Origin: Nitrososphaerota archaeon
Lineage (GTDB): Archaea > Thermoproteota > Nitrososphaeria_A > Caldarchaeales > Caldarchaeaceae
Assembly: GCA_041641305.1 (NCBI GenBank)
Contig: JBEPYN010000002.1
Coordinates: 128,001-192,000, forward strand
DNA length: 64,000 bases
Reading direction: 5' to 3'
The position numbers and the translations under genes were made by a program. Shown here piece after piece: positions 1 to 10,090 of this stretch (within the stretch, counting starts at the first letter, position 1; each line of letters starts with the position of its first letter). Under the pieces are notes generated by a model. That model was given only the letters and a program-made list of their open reading frames with translations, was not told the origin of the DNA and searched no databases.

Positions 1-236
1 TCCTCCTCTCGGTGACGGTGCTTCTGCCATATATCGCGAGCGTGTACATAGAGGAGCTGCAGCCTTATGCCATGTTTCTCTCTCCCGCCGTGGGGCTTGT
101 GCTGCTGTTTGTGCTTGGAATGTTTCTCGGAAAGTTCTCGAAAATTGATATGGTTAAGACTGGTTTGAAGATGCTGGGGATGGGGGTTGTCACAGCTGTG
201 TTAATTCTGTTGATGGAGATTTTCCTCAACCTGTGA
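1..236 (+). CDS. VIT1/CCC1-family membrane transporter, C-terminal part (5' truncated by window edge)
   Basis: Hydrophobic helices with VIT1-like C-terminal pattern (LLPY...LFVLGMFLGKFSK...GLKML). Confidence 0.6.
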   Translation, partial: LLSVTVLLPYIASVYIEELQPYAMFLSPAVGLVLLFVLGMFLGKFSKIDMVKTGLKMLGMGVVTAVLILLMEIFLNL

Positions 237-1269
237 GAAACTTGTTGAGCTCGTCCGGTTTGAAGACACCTTTCTCCGTTATGACCGCGGTGACAAGCTG
301 TGGGGGTGTGATGTCGAAGGCGTAGTTTATGGCCCGTGTTCCCGGCGGTGTTATTCTCTCACGGCCCACGTAATGCACCTCATCCTCAGACCGCTCCTCA
401 ATCACCACCTCATCGACAGTTTTATGCAGATCTATGGTTGACGTGGGCGCCGCGACGTAGAAAGGTATGTTGAAGTGATGTGCGTTAACCGCTGCTGATA
501 GCGTGCCTATCTTGTTGATGACATGGCCTGTTTTGGCGAGGATTCTGTCGGCGCCGACCACGACGCAGTCTATCGTATGTCTCGACATGAGGAAGGCGAC
601 GGCTGTGTCGGGCACAACGTAGAACGGTATTTTGAGTGTTTTGAGCTCGAAGGCTGTGAGCTTCGCTCCCTGTAGCCGTGGCCGTGTCTCGCTAGCGTAG
701 ACGAGTATTTTCTTCCCCGACTCATGCGCATACCTGATTACACCCAAGGCTGTGCCGTAGCCAGCCGTGGCGAGGGCCCCTGCGTTACAGTGTGTAAGTA
801 TTTTTGCGCCGTCGGGTATGAGGTCTGCGCCGAGCCTGCCGATTGTCTTGTTCATCTCCACATCCTCTCTGTGGATTTTGTGTGCTTCATTGAGGAGTGT
901 CTCCGCGATTTTTGACGGCGACCCATCCATGTTCTCGGCCTTTTTCATCATTCTGTCAAGGGCCCAGAAGAGGTTGACCGCTGTTGGTCTTGTGGAGCCG
1001 AGTTTTTTCGCGGCTTGTCTGAGCTTGATCAACAGCTGTTCACGAGTCTTAACCCTTGAACGGAGGGCCGCCAAAGCCATTCCATAAGCGGCGGCGACAC
1101 CGATTGCAGGAGCACCTCGGACAGCCATATCCTTAATCGCCACCGCAACCTCGTCAACAGTTCTACATCGTAGAAACTTTACACGCATAGGCAGAAGCCT
1201 CTGGTCAAGCAAAACAAGCTCGCCACGCCGCTCATCCCAGCGAATAGTCTCAACAGCCGGCAAACGCAA
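226..1269 (-). CDS. mtnA: S-methyl-5-thioribose-1-phosphate isomerase (eIF-2B alpha-like family)
   Basis: LLDQRLLP, VRGAPAIG, RPTAVNL, THCNAGALAT, ETRPRLQG, GADRI, NKIGT motifs. Confidence 0.92.
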   Translation of the reverse strand: MRLPAVETIRWDERRGELVLLDQRLLPMRVKFLRCRTVDEVAVAIKDMAVRGAPAIGVAAAYGMALAALRSRVKTREQLLIKLRQAAKKLGSTRPTAVNLFWALDRMMKKAENMDGSPSKIAETLLNEAHKIHREDVEMNKTIGRLGADLIPDGAKILTHCNAGALATAGYGTALGVIRYAHESGKKILVYASETRPRLQGAKLTAFELKTLKIPFYVVPDTAVAFLMSRHTIDCVVVGADRILAKTGHVINKIGTLSAAVNAHHFNIPFYVAAPTSTIDLHKTVDEVVIEERSEDEVHYVGRERITPPGTRAINYAFDITPPQLVTAVITEKGVFKPDELNKFLTG

Positions 1270-1328
1270 TCACTCTGACAACAGCATTGTAGGTATTTAA
1301 TGGTTTATAATTTGGCGAAATAATTGGG

Positions 1329-2480
1329 GTGGATGGTTTGAGCGAGGTCCTTGTTCTTGGCGCGGGTTTCGGCGGCCTAGCTGCGGCGGTGGAGTTAAGG
1401 CGACTGCTTCCCCCGGAGCATAGCGTAGCAGTTGTTGATAGACGGGATATGTTTTCGATGGGTTTCATGAACCTCTGGCTTATGGTTGGTGAGAGAGCTA
1501 TGCCCCGTGAATGCCTGTTTCCGGTTAAGGGTGTGGAGAAACGTGGCGTACGGTTTGTGAATGAAGAGGTTCTCGAGATAGACCCTGTCTCGAGAAGGGT
1601 TGTCACAAGCGGGGGTGTCTACAATCCCGACCTGGTTGTGGTTGCTCTTGGCGCCGAGTATGCTTTCGATGCTGTCCCCGGCTTCCGAGAACATGCACAC
1701 AACTTCTATGACCTGATGGGTGCCTACGCAGCCCAGAACATGCTCAAAGACTTTACACGCGGCCGCATAGCCATCCTCATAGCCAAACCACCCTACAAAT
1801 GTCCACCAGCACCCTATGAAGCAGCCCTACTCATAGACTCCTACTTCAGAAGACGAGGTATCCGCGACAAGGTCGAGATAGATGTCTACACCCCTGAGCC
1901 GCAGCCCATGCCCGCCGCAGGGCCCGTCGGCAAACGTGTTGCACAGTTTTTGACAGAGCGTGGAATAGGGTTTCATCCACGCAAACAGGTTAAACAGATT
2001 GTGGATGGCAAACTTGTGTTAGAAGATGGTGAGGCCCCGTTCGACCTTTTGCTCGGTGTCCCTCCACACCGCGCGCCTAAGCCCGTTAGAGATTCGCCGC
2101 TCGTCGACGAGTCTGGCTGGATTCCCGTAAACCCCCAGACCATGGAGACAAAGTTCAAAAATGTCTACGCCATCGGCGACATCACGTCGGTGAAGCTGCC
2201 GAGCGGAATGTTTCTCCCCAAGGCAGGGGTCTTCGCCGAAGCCATGGCCCTGACCGCTGCACGACGCATAGCCGCCACACTCCTGAACAAGCCTGCCGAA
2301 GAACTTTTCAACGGCATGGGCTACTGTTTCTTCGAGGTGGGCGACGGCCAAGCAGGCAAAATCGTCGCCAACTTCTACACAGACCCGGCTCCATCAATAA
2401 TGTTCGAGTCTCCTTCTCCAAAGTATAGGGAAGAGAAGGTTGAGTTCGGAAACGTTAGGTTGAGTAGGTGGCTGCTGTAG
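1329..2480 (+). CDS. FAD-dependent disulfide oxidoreductase, sulfide:quinone oxidoreductase-like
   Basis: GAGFGG Rossmann motif, KCPPAPYE Cys, YAIGD FAD motif, PKAG, C-terminal GYCFFE Cys. Confidence 0.8.
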   Translation: MDGLSEVLVLGAGFGGLAAAVELRRLLPPEHSVAVVDRRDMFSMGFMNLWLMVGERAMPRECLFPVKGVEKRGVRFVNEEVLEIDPVSRRVVTSGGVYNPDLVVVALGAEYAFDAVPGFREHAHNFYDLMGAYAAQNMLKDFTRGRIAILIAKPPYKCPPAPYEAALLIDSYFRRRGIRDKVEIDVYTPEPQPMPAAGPVGKRVAQFLTERGIGFHPRKQVKQIVDGKLVLEDGEAPFDLLLGVPPHRAPKPVRDSPLVDESGWIPVNPQTMETKFKNVYAIGDITSVKLPSGMFLPKAGVFAEAMALTAARRIAATLLNKPAEELFNGMGYCFFEVGDGQAGKIVANFYTDPAPSIMFESPSPKYREEKVEFGNVRLSRWLL

Positions 2481-2481
2481 C

Positions 2482-5211
2482 TCAGCTGCTCATGATGCGT
2501 CGCAGCACATACTGGAGTATGCCGCCGTGTCTATAGTATTCGACCTCTATTTTTGTGTCGAGACGTGTTATGACGTTGAATTTCTTGACTTCGCCGTTGT
2601 CGCTGACGGCCTCGACGGTTAGTTTTTTGCCGGGTGTTAGACCCTCTGATATCCCATGTATTGTGTAGCGTTCGCGGCCGGTGAGTCCGAGCTGCCTCCA
2701 TCCCTCGCCCTCCATGAACTGGAGAGGCAGCACACCCATGCCGACAAGGTTGCTCCTATGGATGCGTTCATAGCTCTCCGCAATCACAGCTCTGACGCCG
2801 AGTAGACGTGTGCCCTTCGCTGCCCAGTCACGTGAGCTACCCGCACCATACATCTTCCCAGCCAAAACAATCAAAGGAATACCGGCTTCTTTGTAACGCA
2901 TCGCAGCATCATAGACTGTTGTAACCTCGCCTGTCGGATGATACAGCGTCCACCAGCCTTCCTTACCCTCCACCAAAAGGTTCTTCAGACGAATGTTCGC
3001 GAATGTCCCGCGTATCATGACCTCGTGGTTTCCTCTTCTTGCACCGTAGGTGTTGAAGTCAACGGGGTCTACGCCTTTCTCTATGAGGTATTTGCCTGCT
3101 GGGCTGTTGACTGGGATTGCGCCGGCGGGTGAGATGTGGTCGGTTGTGATGCGGTCGCCGACTAGGATGAGGACGCGGGCGTTGACTATGTCGTCCGGCT
3201 CCTTAGGCGTCTTCGACATGTTGATGAAGTAGGGCGGCTCACGGACGTAGGTGGAGCTCTCATCCCACTGGAACACCTCTCCAACAGGAGCGGGCAGCCT
3301 CTCCCACCTCTCCTCACCCTTCAATATGTCAGCATATTTTTTGATAAAGAGCTCCGGTGTAATGGCTTGGTTGATGACCGACTTTATCTCCTCGAGGCTG
3401 GGCCAGATGTCGCGGAGGTAGACTGGCCTACCGTCTGAGCCGATGCCCAGCGGCTCGTTGAACATGTCGATGTCTATGCGGCCGGCGAGTCCATACGCGA
3501 CCACAAGCATAGGTGACATGAGGTAGCTGGCTCTCACATGCGGATTTATCCGGCCCTCGAAGTTTCTGTTTCCGCTGAGCACCGCGACGGTGTAGAGGTT
3601 TCTCTCCTTTATCTGTTGAACAATATGCTCGGGTAATGGACCGCTGTTGCCGATGCATGTTGTACACCCGTAGCCCACCAGGCTGTAGCCAAGCTTCTCG
3701 AGATAAGGTGTAAGACCCGCTTTCTCGAGATACTCTGTCACGGCCATCGAGCCGGGTGCGAGGCTCGTCTTGACGTAGGGTGGTGTACGTAGGCCTTTTT
3801 CCACGGCTTTTTTCGCAAGCAGCCCCGCCCCGATCATCACCGAGGGGTTTGATGTGTTGGTGCAGCTGGTTATAGCCGATATCACCACCGAGCCGTGAGA
3901 AAGTCCATCAACCCCGCTGCCTGTTTTCTTCTGCACGGTGGTCACGGAGGCCTTCGGCGCCCCGCCTTCATAGCTCCACTCACGCTCGTTAACATCATCA
4001 ACAGATATCCCGGCCTGTTTGAGATAAGCCAGCATGATTTCACGCGTCCGCCTCTTAGCCTCCCTAAGCGGTATACGGTCCTCAGGGTTGGCGGGCCCTG
4101 CGATAGAGGGCTCCACCGTTGACAAGTCAAGCTCCAGCGCAGTGTTGTACACAGGTGTTTCCGCGGGGTTGTAGAAGAGGCCCTGCATCTTCGCATATTC
4201 TTCGACGATGCGTATGTGTTCCTCTGGCCTGCCTGTCATGCGTAGATAGTTGATGGTTTCACGGTCTATGGGGAAGTAGCCGATGGTTGCGCCGTATTCG
4301 GGGGCCATGTTAGCTATGGTGGCGCGGTCTGGGACGCTGAGCTTCGAGAGGCTTGGGCCGAAGAACTCGACAAACTTGCCGACCACGCCATGTTTTCTAA
4401 GCATCTCCGTGATTGTTAAGACAAGGTCTGTCGCCGTAGTGCCTTCACGCAGCCCGCCGACAAGTTTCACACCCACAACCTCGGGCGTGGTCATGTAGTA
4501 GGGCTGGCCCAGCATAACCGCCTCCGCCTCGATTCCTCCGACACCCCATCCAACCACGCCCAGCCCATTAACCATCGGAGTATGCGAATCCGTTCCCAGC
4601 ACAGTGTCAGGGAAAGCGGTTAAAACCCCGTCAAAACCACGCACATCAACAACCTTCGCCAAATACTCGAGGTTGACTTGGTGAACAATACCTCTGCCCG
4701 GCGGTATCACGCGGAAGTTTCTAAAAGCATTCTGCGCCCACTTGAGAAAAACATAGCGCTCAGTGTTGCGTTTGAATTCGTAGTCGAGGTTGAGGCTGAA
4801 CGCCTCGGATGTTCCATAGAAGTCAACCTGAATAGAGTGGTCTATGACGAGGTCAACCGGGATGCTTGGGTTAACTTTAGCGGGGTCTTGGCCGACGCGT
4901 TTAACAGCAGACCGCATGGCCGCGAGGTCAACCAGCGCAGGCACACCCGTAAAGTCCTGTAAGAGAACACGAGACGGGAAGAACGGGACCTCTCTTTTCC
5001 CACCATGCAGATAATTAGCAGCCTCCCTCACATCATCATCCGTGCAGATAAACCCGTCCTCGTTCCGCAGCACATTCTCCACAAAAACCCTAATGCTGTA
5101 GGGAAGCTTAGCCAATTGAAGGATACCCTGCTCCTCCAAAACCTTCAGCGAATAATAACGCATCCTCCTGCCATCAACCACAAACTCCCTGGCGGCTAAA
5201 TCCCGCAACAA
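2482..5211 (-). CDS. acnA: Aconitate hydratase A
   Basis: LQDFTGVP, DLVIDHS, GIVHQVNLE, GTDSHT, ITSCTNTSNP, GYGCTTCIGNSG, TTDHISPAG, GSSRDWAAKG. Confidence 0.97.
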   Translation of the reverse strand: MLRDLAAREFVVDGRRMRYYSLKVLEEQGILQLAKLPYSIRVFVENVLRNEDGFICTDDDVREAANYLHGGKREVPFFPSRVLLQDFTGVPALVDLAAMRSAVKRVGQDPAKVNPSIPVDLVIDHSIQVDFYGTSEAFSLNLDYEFKRNTERYVFLKWAQNAFRNFRVIPPGRGIVHQVNLEYLAKVVDVRGFDGVLTAFPDTVLGTDSHTPMVNGLGVVGWGVGGIEAEAVMLGQPYYMTTPEVVGVKLVGGLREGTTATDLVLTITEMLRKHGVVGKFVEFFGPSLSKLSVPDRATIANMAPEYGATIGYFPIDRETINYLRMTGRPEEHIRIVEEYAKMQGLFYNPAETPVYNTALELDLSTVEPSIAGPANPEDRIPLREAKRRTREIMLAYLKQAGISVDDVNEREWSYEGGAPKASVTTVQKKTGSGVDGLSHGSVVISAITSCTNTSNPSVMIGAGLLAKKAVEKGLRTPPYVKTSLAPGSMAVTEYLEKAGLTPYLEKLGYSLVGYGCTTCIGNSGPLPEHIVQQIKERNLYTVAVLSGNRNFEGRINPHVRASYLMSPMLVVAYGLAGRIDIDMFNEPLGIGSDGRPVYLRDIWPSLEEIKSVINQAITPELFIKKYADILKGEERWERLPAPVGEVFQWDESSTYVREPPYFINMSKTPKEPDDIVNARVLILVGDRITTDHISPAGAIPVNSPAGKYLIEKGVDPVDFNTYGARRGNHEVMIRGTFANIRLKNLLVEGKEGWWTLYHPTGEVTTVYDAAMRYKEAGIPLIVLAGKMYGAGSSRDWAAKGTRLLGVRAVIAESYERIHRSNLVGMGVLPLQFMEGEGWRQLGLTGRERYTIHGISEGLTPGKKLTVEAVSDNGEVKKFNVITRLDTKIEVEYYRHGGILQYVLRRIMSS

Positions 5212-5316
5212 CCCAACCCATGTGCAAAAAAGCAGCTATTAAACCAAAACATCCACCACACAAAATACCGAAGTCTTGCTTAACGTTTTTAACCAAGTTC
5301 ATGCAGGAAAAACTAA

Positions 5317-7557
5317 ATGCGCTCAGCAGCGTTTACTATACTGCTTGTTGTTGTTTTAAGCCTGCTACCGCACAGCAGCTGGTCTTTCCCCACGCCTCAG
5401 CAGACATCGGACGAATATCGTGTTTTGCCCATAGAGGGCGACCTGTTGGTCAATGTTTTCTTCTACGACGTGGACCCGCAGTGGTTTGGTGCTAGAAACC
5501 TTAACGAGTTGTTGAACATGGTTATCGAAACCGGGATAATCCGGGATAAGGCCCGTTCCCAGATAGCAGCCTTCACCACGGACGAGAACTTGGCCCCATT
5601 CACGTTTGATATTTCATTACGCTTCATAATTCCATCCAACGACATCGTGTCAGAGTATCGTCAACGAATGCGTTCTCTTGTCTCTAAAACACCTTTCCAA
5701 GTGGCCCAGAAAGCTGTTGAGTTTGCAGTGGCCTGGGGTATGCCGCTTGGATGGACCGACCAGACAATAAAGGCCCGCGACGCTTTACGGGTCTTCGCCA
5801 CACTCACCGAAGAATATTTCCCAGAAGTAGCCGGAGGCTACGCAATTTTCTTCTTCTGCAGCATACCTTTCATGAACGGTGAAAGACCAGTCATCTACTA
5901 CACATTCGGCCAATCACCCGACACCGGAAGATACCTGGCCGACTTCGGCATAACGATTTTCGGCGGCCCATGGTGGGGCAGATACTATTACATAGACATC
6001 TGCTCATTTCCGCCCCCACGCTTCCGCGACGTTATCAGACCCATTTACAACATCGGAACCCCGGAGGAACGCGTGACCTATCTCGCAACTCTCATAGACC
6101 TGCTGATAGACATGGGTGGCTTCGTCAAGTCGACTGTTTACCAGCCCAAGTATGGTCTCCAGACCCTTGTAGATGTGGTGGTTATTGATGCTACGGTGGC
6201 TGGTGTCGGTTTCGACATGTTGGTGCGGTACTTTGACGCCGAGATGATGCTGAAAGCCTATACCACTTTGTTGCCTTACAACAAGTTCAACATAAGGCTG
6301 AAACGAGTTGACTTGGCCACGGTGCCTGAGCTGAGAAACACCCTCGTATACACGCAGCAAGGCATTCTCCTCAAAACTTACCAAGCCTATGACATCCTTA
6401 GGCAGAAGGGATACATCGAGGCTTTGGGCGAGCAGCGATACACATACATGCCTGTGATTGTTCTGGTTACGACCACGAACTCGTTCATAGAGGAGCCGGG
6501 TGTACTCGGCCAGGCCTCGCCTGACCCAGATAACCCCACGAAACCCCATCACGCATCGGCGGCAGTTTACTACGAACACATGATAGAACAAGGTATGACC
6601 GTCCTCGTGACACATGAGGCAGGCCACATCTTCGGGCTAAGACACCCCCATGACGACTATGACGAGTATCGCAAATCTCAGTCCAGCTTCTTCCCGCTGA
6701 CATACTTCACCGAAACAATCATGAGCTATAGCGTTTCCTGGGCTTCAGCCGTTGAGCAGAACCTTGTCTTCCCCAACCACTATCCCATGAGAACCTTCTA
6801 CAGCATCTTCGACCTCGACAACATCGACCGTGCCACAATCATCCTACTGCTACAAAACTACGAACAAAACATCCAAACAATTTTATCAACGCTTGAACGC
6901 AACAACATGCGTTTACAGGATATCCCGGAACTTGAGCAGGTGCTTAACGCGGCGAAAGAGATGGCCCGGCTCTCGGTACAAGAGTTTAAGAAACATAACT
7001 ACTTCAACAGACTCACTTTCAAGGGCCTCGGCGCCCAGCATGAAACAGCCTTCGACCTCGCTTTCACCGCTTGGCTATACACAGAGAACACCAAAAACTA
7101 CCTACTCCCGGGCTTGGTTGACGAGCAGCGGAGACTGGGAGGCGAGATCTCACAGCTAACACAGCTGCGTGACCAGCTTAGGAGCGAGGCCGAGAAGGCG
7201 CAGAGAGACCTCGACGATGCACGGGCTAGGCTTGAGGAGAAGAGAAGGGAGCTGTCTGACGCTGAATCACAGCTAAACCAGCTTGAGAAAGCCGTCAGCG
7301 ACGCTGAGGAACGTGCCGCAAAAGCTAAGGCAACAGCAAAAGACATAGAGAACCTTGAAAACAGCTTGAGCAGGGTTTCAGCCGATGTTGAGAAGATGCG
7401 TGAAAGAGTGGAGTCTCTTAGACAGCAGACCAACCTGCTTATTGGTGTCGCGGTGGTTGGGGCGGTTGCCGTCGGAGGAGCCGCTATAGTTGGGCGCAGG
7501 TTCACAACAAGGAGGAGGATGCCTCCTCCGCCTCCGCCGCCTCCACCTGGCGTCTAA
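5317..7557 (+). CDS. Secreted, membrane-anchored zinc metalloprotease (metzincin) with coiled-coil stalk and poly-Pro C-terminus
   Basis: Signal peptide; HEAGHIFGLRHPHD zinc motif; ETIMSY Met-turn; ~100-aa heptad region; C-terminal TM helix followed by RRRMP9GV. Confidence 0.8.
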   Translation: MRSAAFTILLVVVLSLLPHSSWSFPTPQQTSDEYRVLPIEGDLLVNVFFYDVDPQWFGARNLNELLNMVIETGIIRDKARSQIAAFTTDENLAPFTFDISLRFIIPSNDIVSEYRQRMRSLVSKTPFQVAQKAVEFAVAWGMPLGWTDQTIKARDALRVFATLTEEYFPEVAGGYAIFFFCSIPFMNGERPVIYYTFGQSPDTGRYLADFGITIFGGPWWGRYYYIDICSFPPPRFRDVIRPIYNIGTPEERVTYLATLIDLLIDMGGFVKSTVYQPKYGLQTLVDVVVIDATVAGVGFDMLVRYFDAEMMLKAYTTLLPYNKFNIRLKRVDLATVPELRNTLVYTQQGILLKTYQAYDILRQKGYIEALGEQRYTYMPVIVLVTTTNSFIEEPGVLGQASPDPDNPTKPHHASAAVYYEHMIEQGMTVLVTHEAGHIFGLRHPHDDYDEYRKSQSSFFPLTYFTETIMSYSVSWASAVEQNLVFPNHYPMRTFYSIFDLDNIDRATIILLLQNYEQNIQTILSTLERNNMRLQDIPELEQVLNAAKEMARLSVQEFKKHNYFNRLTFKGLGAQHETAFDLAFTAWLYTENTKNYLLPGLVDEQRRLGGEISQLTQLRDQLRSEAEKAQRDLDDARARLEEKRRELSDAESQLNQLEKAVSDAEERAAKAKATAKDIENLENSLSRVSADVEKMRERVESLRQQTNLLIGVAVVGAVAVGGAAIVGRRFTTRRRMPPPPPPPPPGV

Positions 7558-9734
7558 GCCCTTCTTCTAAAGAAGACCAGCGTAACCCCTGCTCCGGCGA
7601 ATAAGACAACCGCCACCCCGGTGAGAACCATGTTCAAGCTTTCCAGCTGAGCCGCATCGGCTTGAGCCCGCTGAAGCTCAAGGTTTTTCTCGCTCAGCTC
7701 TTTCTCCAGCTCTGTTTTTCTCTGGCTAAGCTGCTGCAGGTTAGCTGCTTCTCTCTCCAGCTGGGCAAGCTTTTCCTCCAGCTGTGCAGCCCTTTCACGC
7801 GCAGCCGCTATCTGCTGCGTAACCTGGCTAATCTCATCCTCTGTGTTGCTCTTCTCTCTGCGAATCTGCTCCAATCTCTGGGACAACGTCTCGACCTCGT
7901 TTCTGAGCTGCTCAATATCGGGCGTGAGCCTCTGGTTTTGCAGCAAAGCCGCTTCGAGATAGATTTTCATCAAGTCTGTGGCGGCCCATGCCATGAAGGC
8001 GTAGTCGAGAGAGGTGTCAAGCTGTGCGCCGAAGCCTTTGAAAGTGAGGCGGTCGAAGTAGTTGAATTTCTTGAACTCTTCGACAGCCTGTCGAGCCCAC
8101 TGTTTAGCCGTTGACAGAACGGATTTTAGCGTCTGCAGGTCGTCTAACCTGAGGCCAGCCTCATCCAGCTTGCGCAGTATCTCGGCATAGTTTTTCTCAT
8201 AGTTTTGGAGAAGAAGTGAGATGGTGACTCTGTCGATTGCGTCAAGGTCAAAGATGCTCCAGTAGGTCCGAATCGGATAAAATCCCTCCCTCACCGTTTT
8301 TTGCTTAACACCTTCAACCCAGGAGGTACTGTAAACCATGAAAGTCTCCATAGAATCCGTGTAAATCCATTTAGGCCCCACTTCAATTTCATTCACCTCG
8401 TCAAAATCGTCGTGAGGATGTCTAAGTCCGAGAACATGTCCTATCTCATGAGCCACTGTGACGGCCATTCCCTCGTAGAACAACGAGTAATAGCTAGCCC
8501 CAGCTGTTGCCACTAAACCATACATGGGCTGCTCAGGGTTTTCCAAGGCAATCCCCAGAGCCGGGCCCCAGTCCTCAAAACCAGGTATCAAAACACCTGT
8601 GCTATACTGTGTTACAACAATTATTGTGGGGACGTATTTGTATTCCTCTGTTTCAGCCTCGATTATTCCAGCTGATTTTAAAATGTCGTAGGCTTGGTAG
8701 GGGTCGAAAACAGCCACCTGCTCCTTTCCTCTACGCGTCTCAAACTCATCAACTCTTATGATTGATGAGAAGCCGGGAATTTCATCGACATCATAGAGTC
8801 TTAGGCGGAAGCTGTAGAAGTTATACGGCGTTAAAGTTCTCAACGACGCCTCCGTGAGCTCGATGTCGAAGGAATTCACCAACGTTTCAAAGTTGATACC
8901 CTGTCCAGAAGCATCTACAACTATAACGTCGACGAGAATCTGAAGGTTGTAATATGGAAGATATACCGTGGACTTGACAAACTGGTAGTCAATCAACTCG
9001 TCGACATACTTGGACAATAGTTGAACTCTTTCCTGCGTAGACTGGATAGATAGAACAGATGGATATTCGTCACCTGAGCCGTAGCCTGCACAGATATCGA
9101 TGAAAACATATCTTCCCCACCAAGCGCCTCCATACATGTTCAGAAACAAAACGCCTCCTACTTTCCCGGTCTCAGGCAATATGCCGTAGGTGTAGTAGTT
9201 GGCGCTTTTGCCGAGCGCGTTTACGCTGCAGATGAAGAAAATGGTGTAGCCCTCAAAGGGTGTCTGCAGATACTTATTTGAAAGGTCGATGAGAGTTTTG
9301 AGGGCTGTTGGTGCATGAATACCCGATAATGAGCCGTTGTACTTCTTTTGTATGAGAAGATCCCGTGGAACAGGCTGGTTTAAGCTACGCCAATCGGACC
9401 TGAACTCCTGCAGCGCCGCGCTTCTCAGCTGGAAACCACGCAGCAACACGTCATAGCTGTAGGGTGCGTAAAGGATGCCTTGGTCGGTATACCATGTAAG
9501 CGCAGACTTGGCCTCAGCCCTAACCCCGGTGGCAACCCTCCTCAGCAAATCCTCCAAACCATTCACGCCGAAAAGCGTAAAATCAACATCTACGAAAACG
9601 AGGTTGACCACCAAATCGGACTCGATGGGGAGAACCCTGTAGTCTTCCTGAGCAAAACCATGTGGTAGAAGCGAGGTTAGAAAAAGCATGGCCAGTAGGC
9701 AGACGAGGAAAGCTCTCATTGTCAATTCGGGCAA
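7554..9734 (-). CDS. Secreted, membrane-anchored zinc metalloprotease (metzincin), paralogue of 5317..7557
   Basis: Signal peptide; HEIGHVLGLRHPHD; ETFMVY Met-turn; coiled coil; C-terminal TM helix plus RRRA. Confidence 0.8.
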   Translation of the reverse strand: MPELTMRAFLVCLLAMLFLTSLLPHGFAQEDYRVLPIESDLVVNLVFVDVDFTLFGVNGLEDLLRRVATGVRAEAKSALTWYTDQGILYAPYSYDVLLRGFQLRSAALQEFRSDWRSLNQPVPRDLLIQKKYNGSLSGIHAPTALKTLIDLSNKYLQTPFEGYTIFFICSVNALGKSANYYTYGILPETGKVGGVLFLNMYGGAWWGRYVFIDICAGYGSGDEYPSVLSIQSTQERVQLLSKYVDELIDYQFVKSTVYLPYYNLQILVDVIVVDASGQGINFETLVNSFDIELTEASLRTLTPYNFYSFRLRLYDVDEIPGFSSIIRVDEFETRRGKEQVAVFDPYQAYDILKSAGIIEAETEEYKYVPTIIVVTQYSTGVLIPGFEDWGPALGIALENPEQPMYGLVATAGASYYSLFYEGMAVTVAHEIGHVLGLRHPHDDFDEVNEIEVGPKWIYTDSMETFMVYSTSWVEGVKQKTVREGFYPIRTYWSIFDLDAIDRVTISLLLQNYEKNYAEILRKLDEAGLRLDDLQTLKSVLSTAKQWARQAVEEFKKFNYFDRLTFKGFGAQLDTSLDYAFMAWAATDLMKIYLEAALLQNQRLTPDIEQLRNEVETLSQRLEQIRREKSNTEDEISQVTQQIAAARERAAQLEEKLAQLEREAANLQQLSQRKTELEKELSEKNLELQRAQADAAQLESLNMVLTGVAVVLFAGAGVTLVFFRRRA

Positions 9735-9763
9735 AGAAGTCGTTTATATTTTTATTTTTTTAG

Positions 9764-10090
9764 CTATTGTTTGTTTTGTTTTTTGAGCATGTCTTCAAGC
9801 GTGTAGGTTGATGGTGGTGGAGGTGTTTTCCCTGTGAGCTTTTCCTCGACTGCTACGGTGAGAAGGCTTGTTTTCAACACTTTCTCAAGACGTTTTACCA
9901 GGTCGAGGGGTGGGTTGAACTCGTTCTGCTCAATCTTCTTGATGATTGTTTCTTTCGTCTTCACGAGGGCTGCCAGCTCAGCCTGCGAGAGACCAAGCTT
10001 CTCCCTCTCACGTCGAACAACCTGTCCAAGATCATCCACATACTCATACTCTATCTCGAAATCTTTTCGTCCACGAGCTGGCTTAGCCAT
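9764..10090 (-). CDS. MBF1-like Cro/C1 HTH protein lacking the N-terminal zinc ribbon
   Basis: VDDLGQVVRREREKLGLSQAELAALVKTKETIIKKIEQ...LEKVL and C-terminal TLED (TLGD-like), typical of archaeal MBF1. Confidence 0.78.
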   Translation of the reverse strand: MAKPARGRKDFEIEYEYVDDLGQVVRREREKLGLSQAELAALVKTKETIIKKIEQNEFNPPLDLVKRLEKVLKTSLLTVAVEEKLTGKTPPPPSTYTLEDMLKKQNKQ

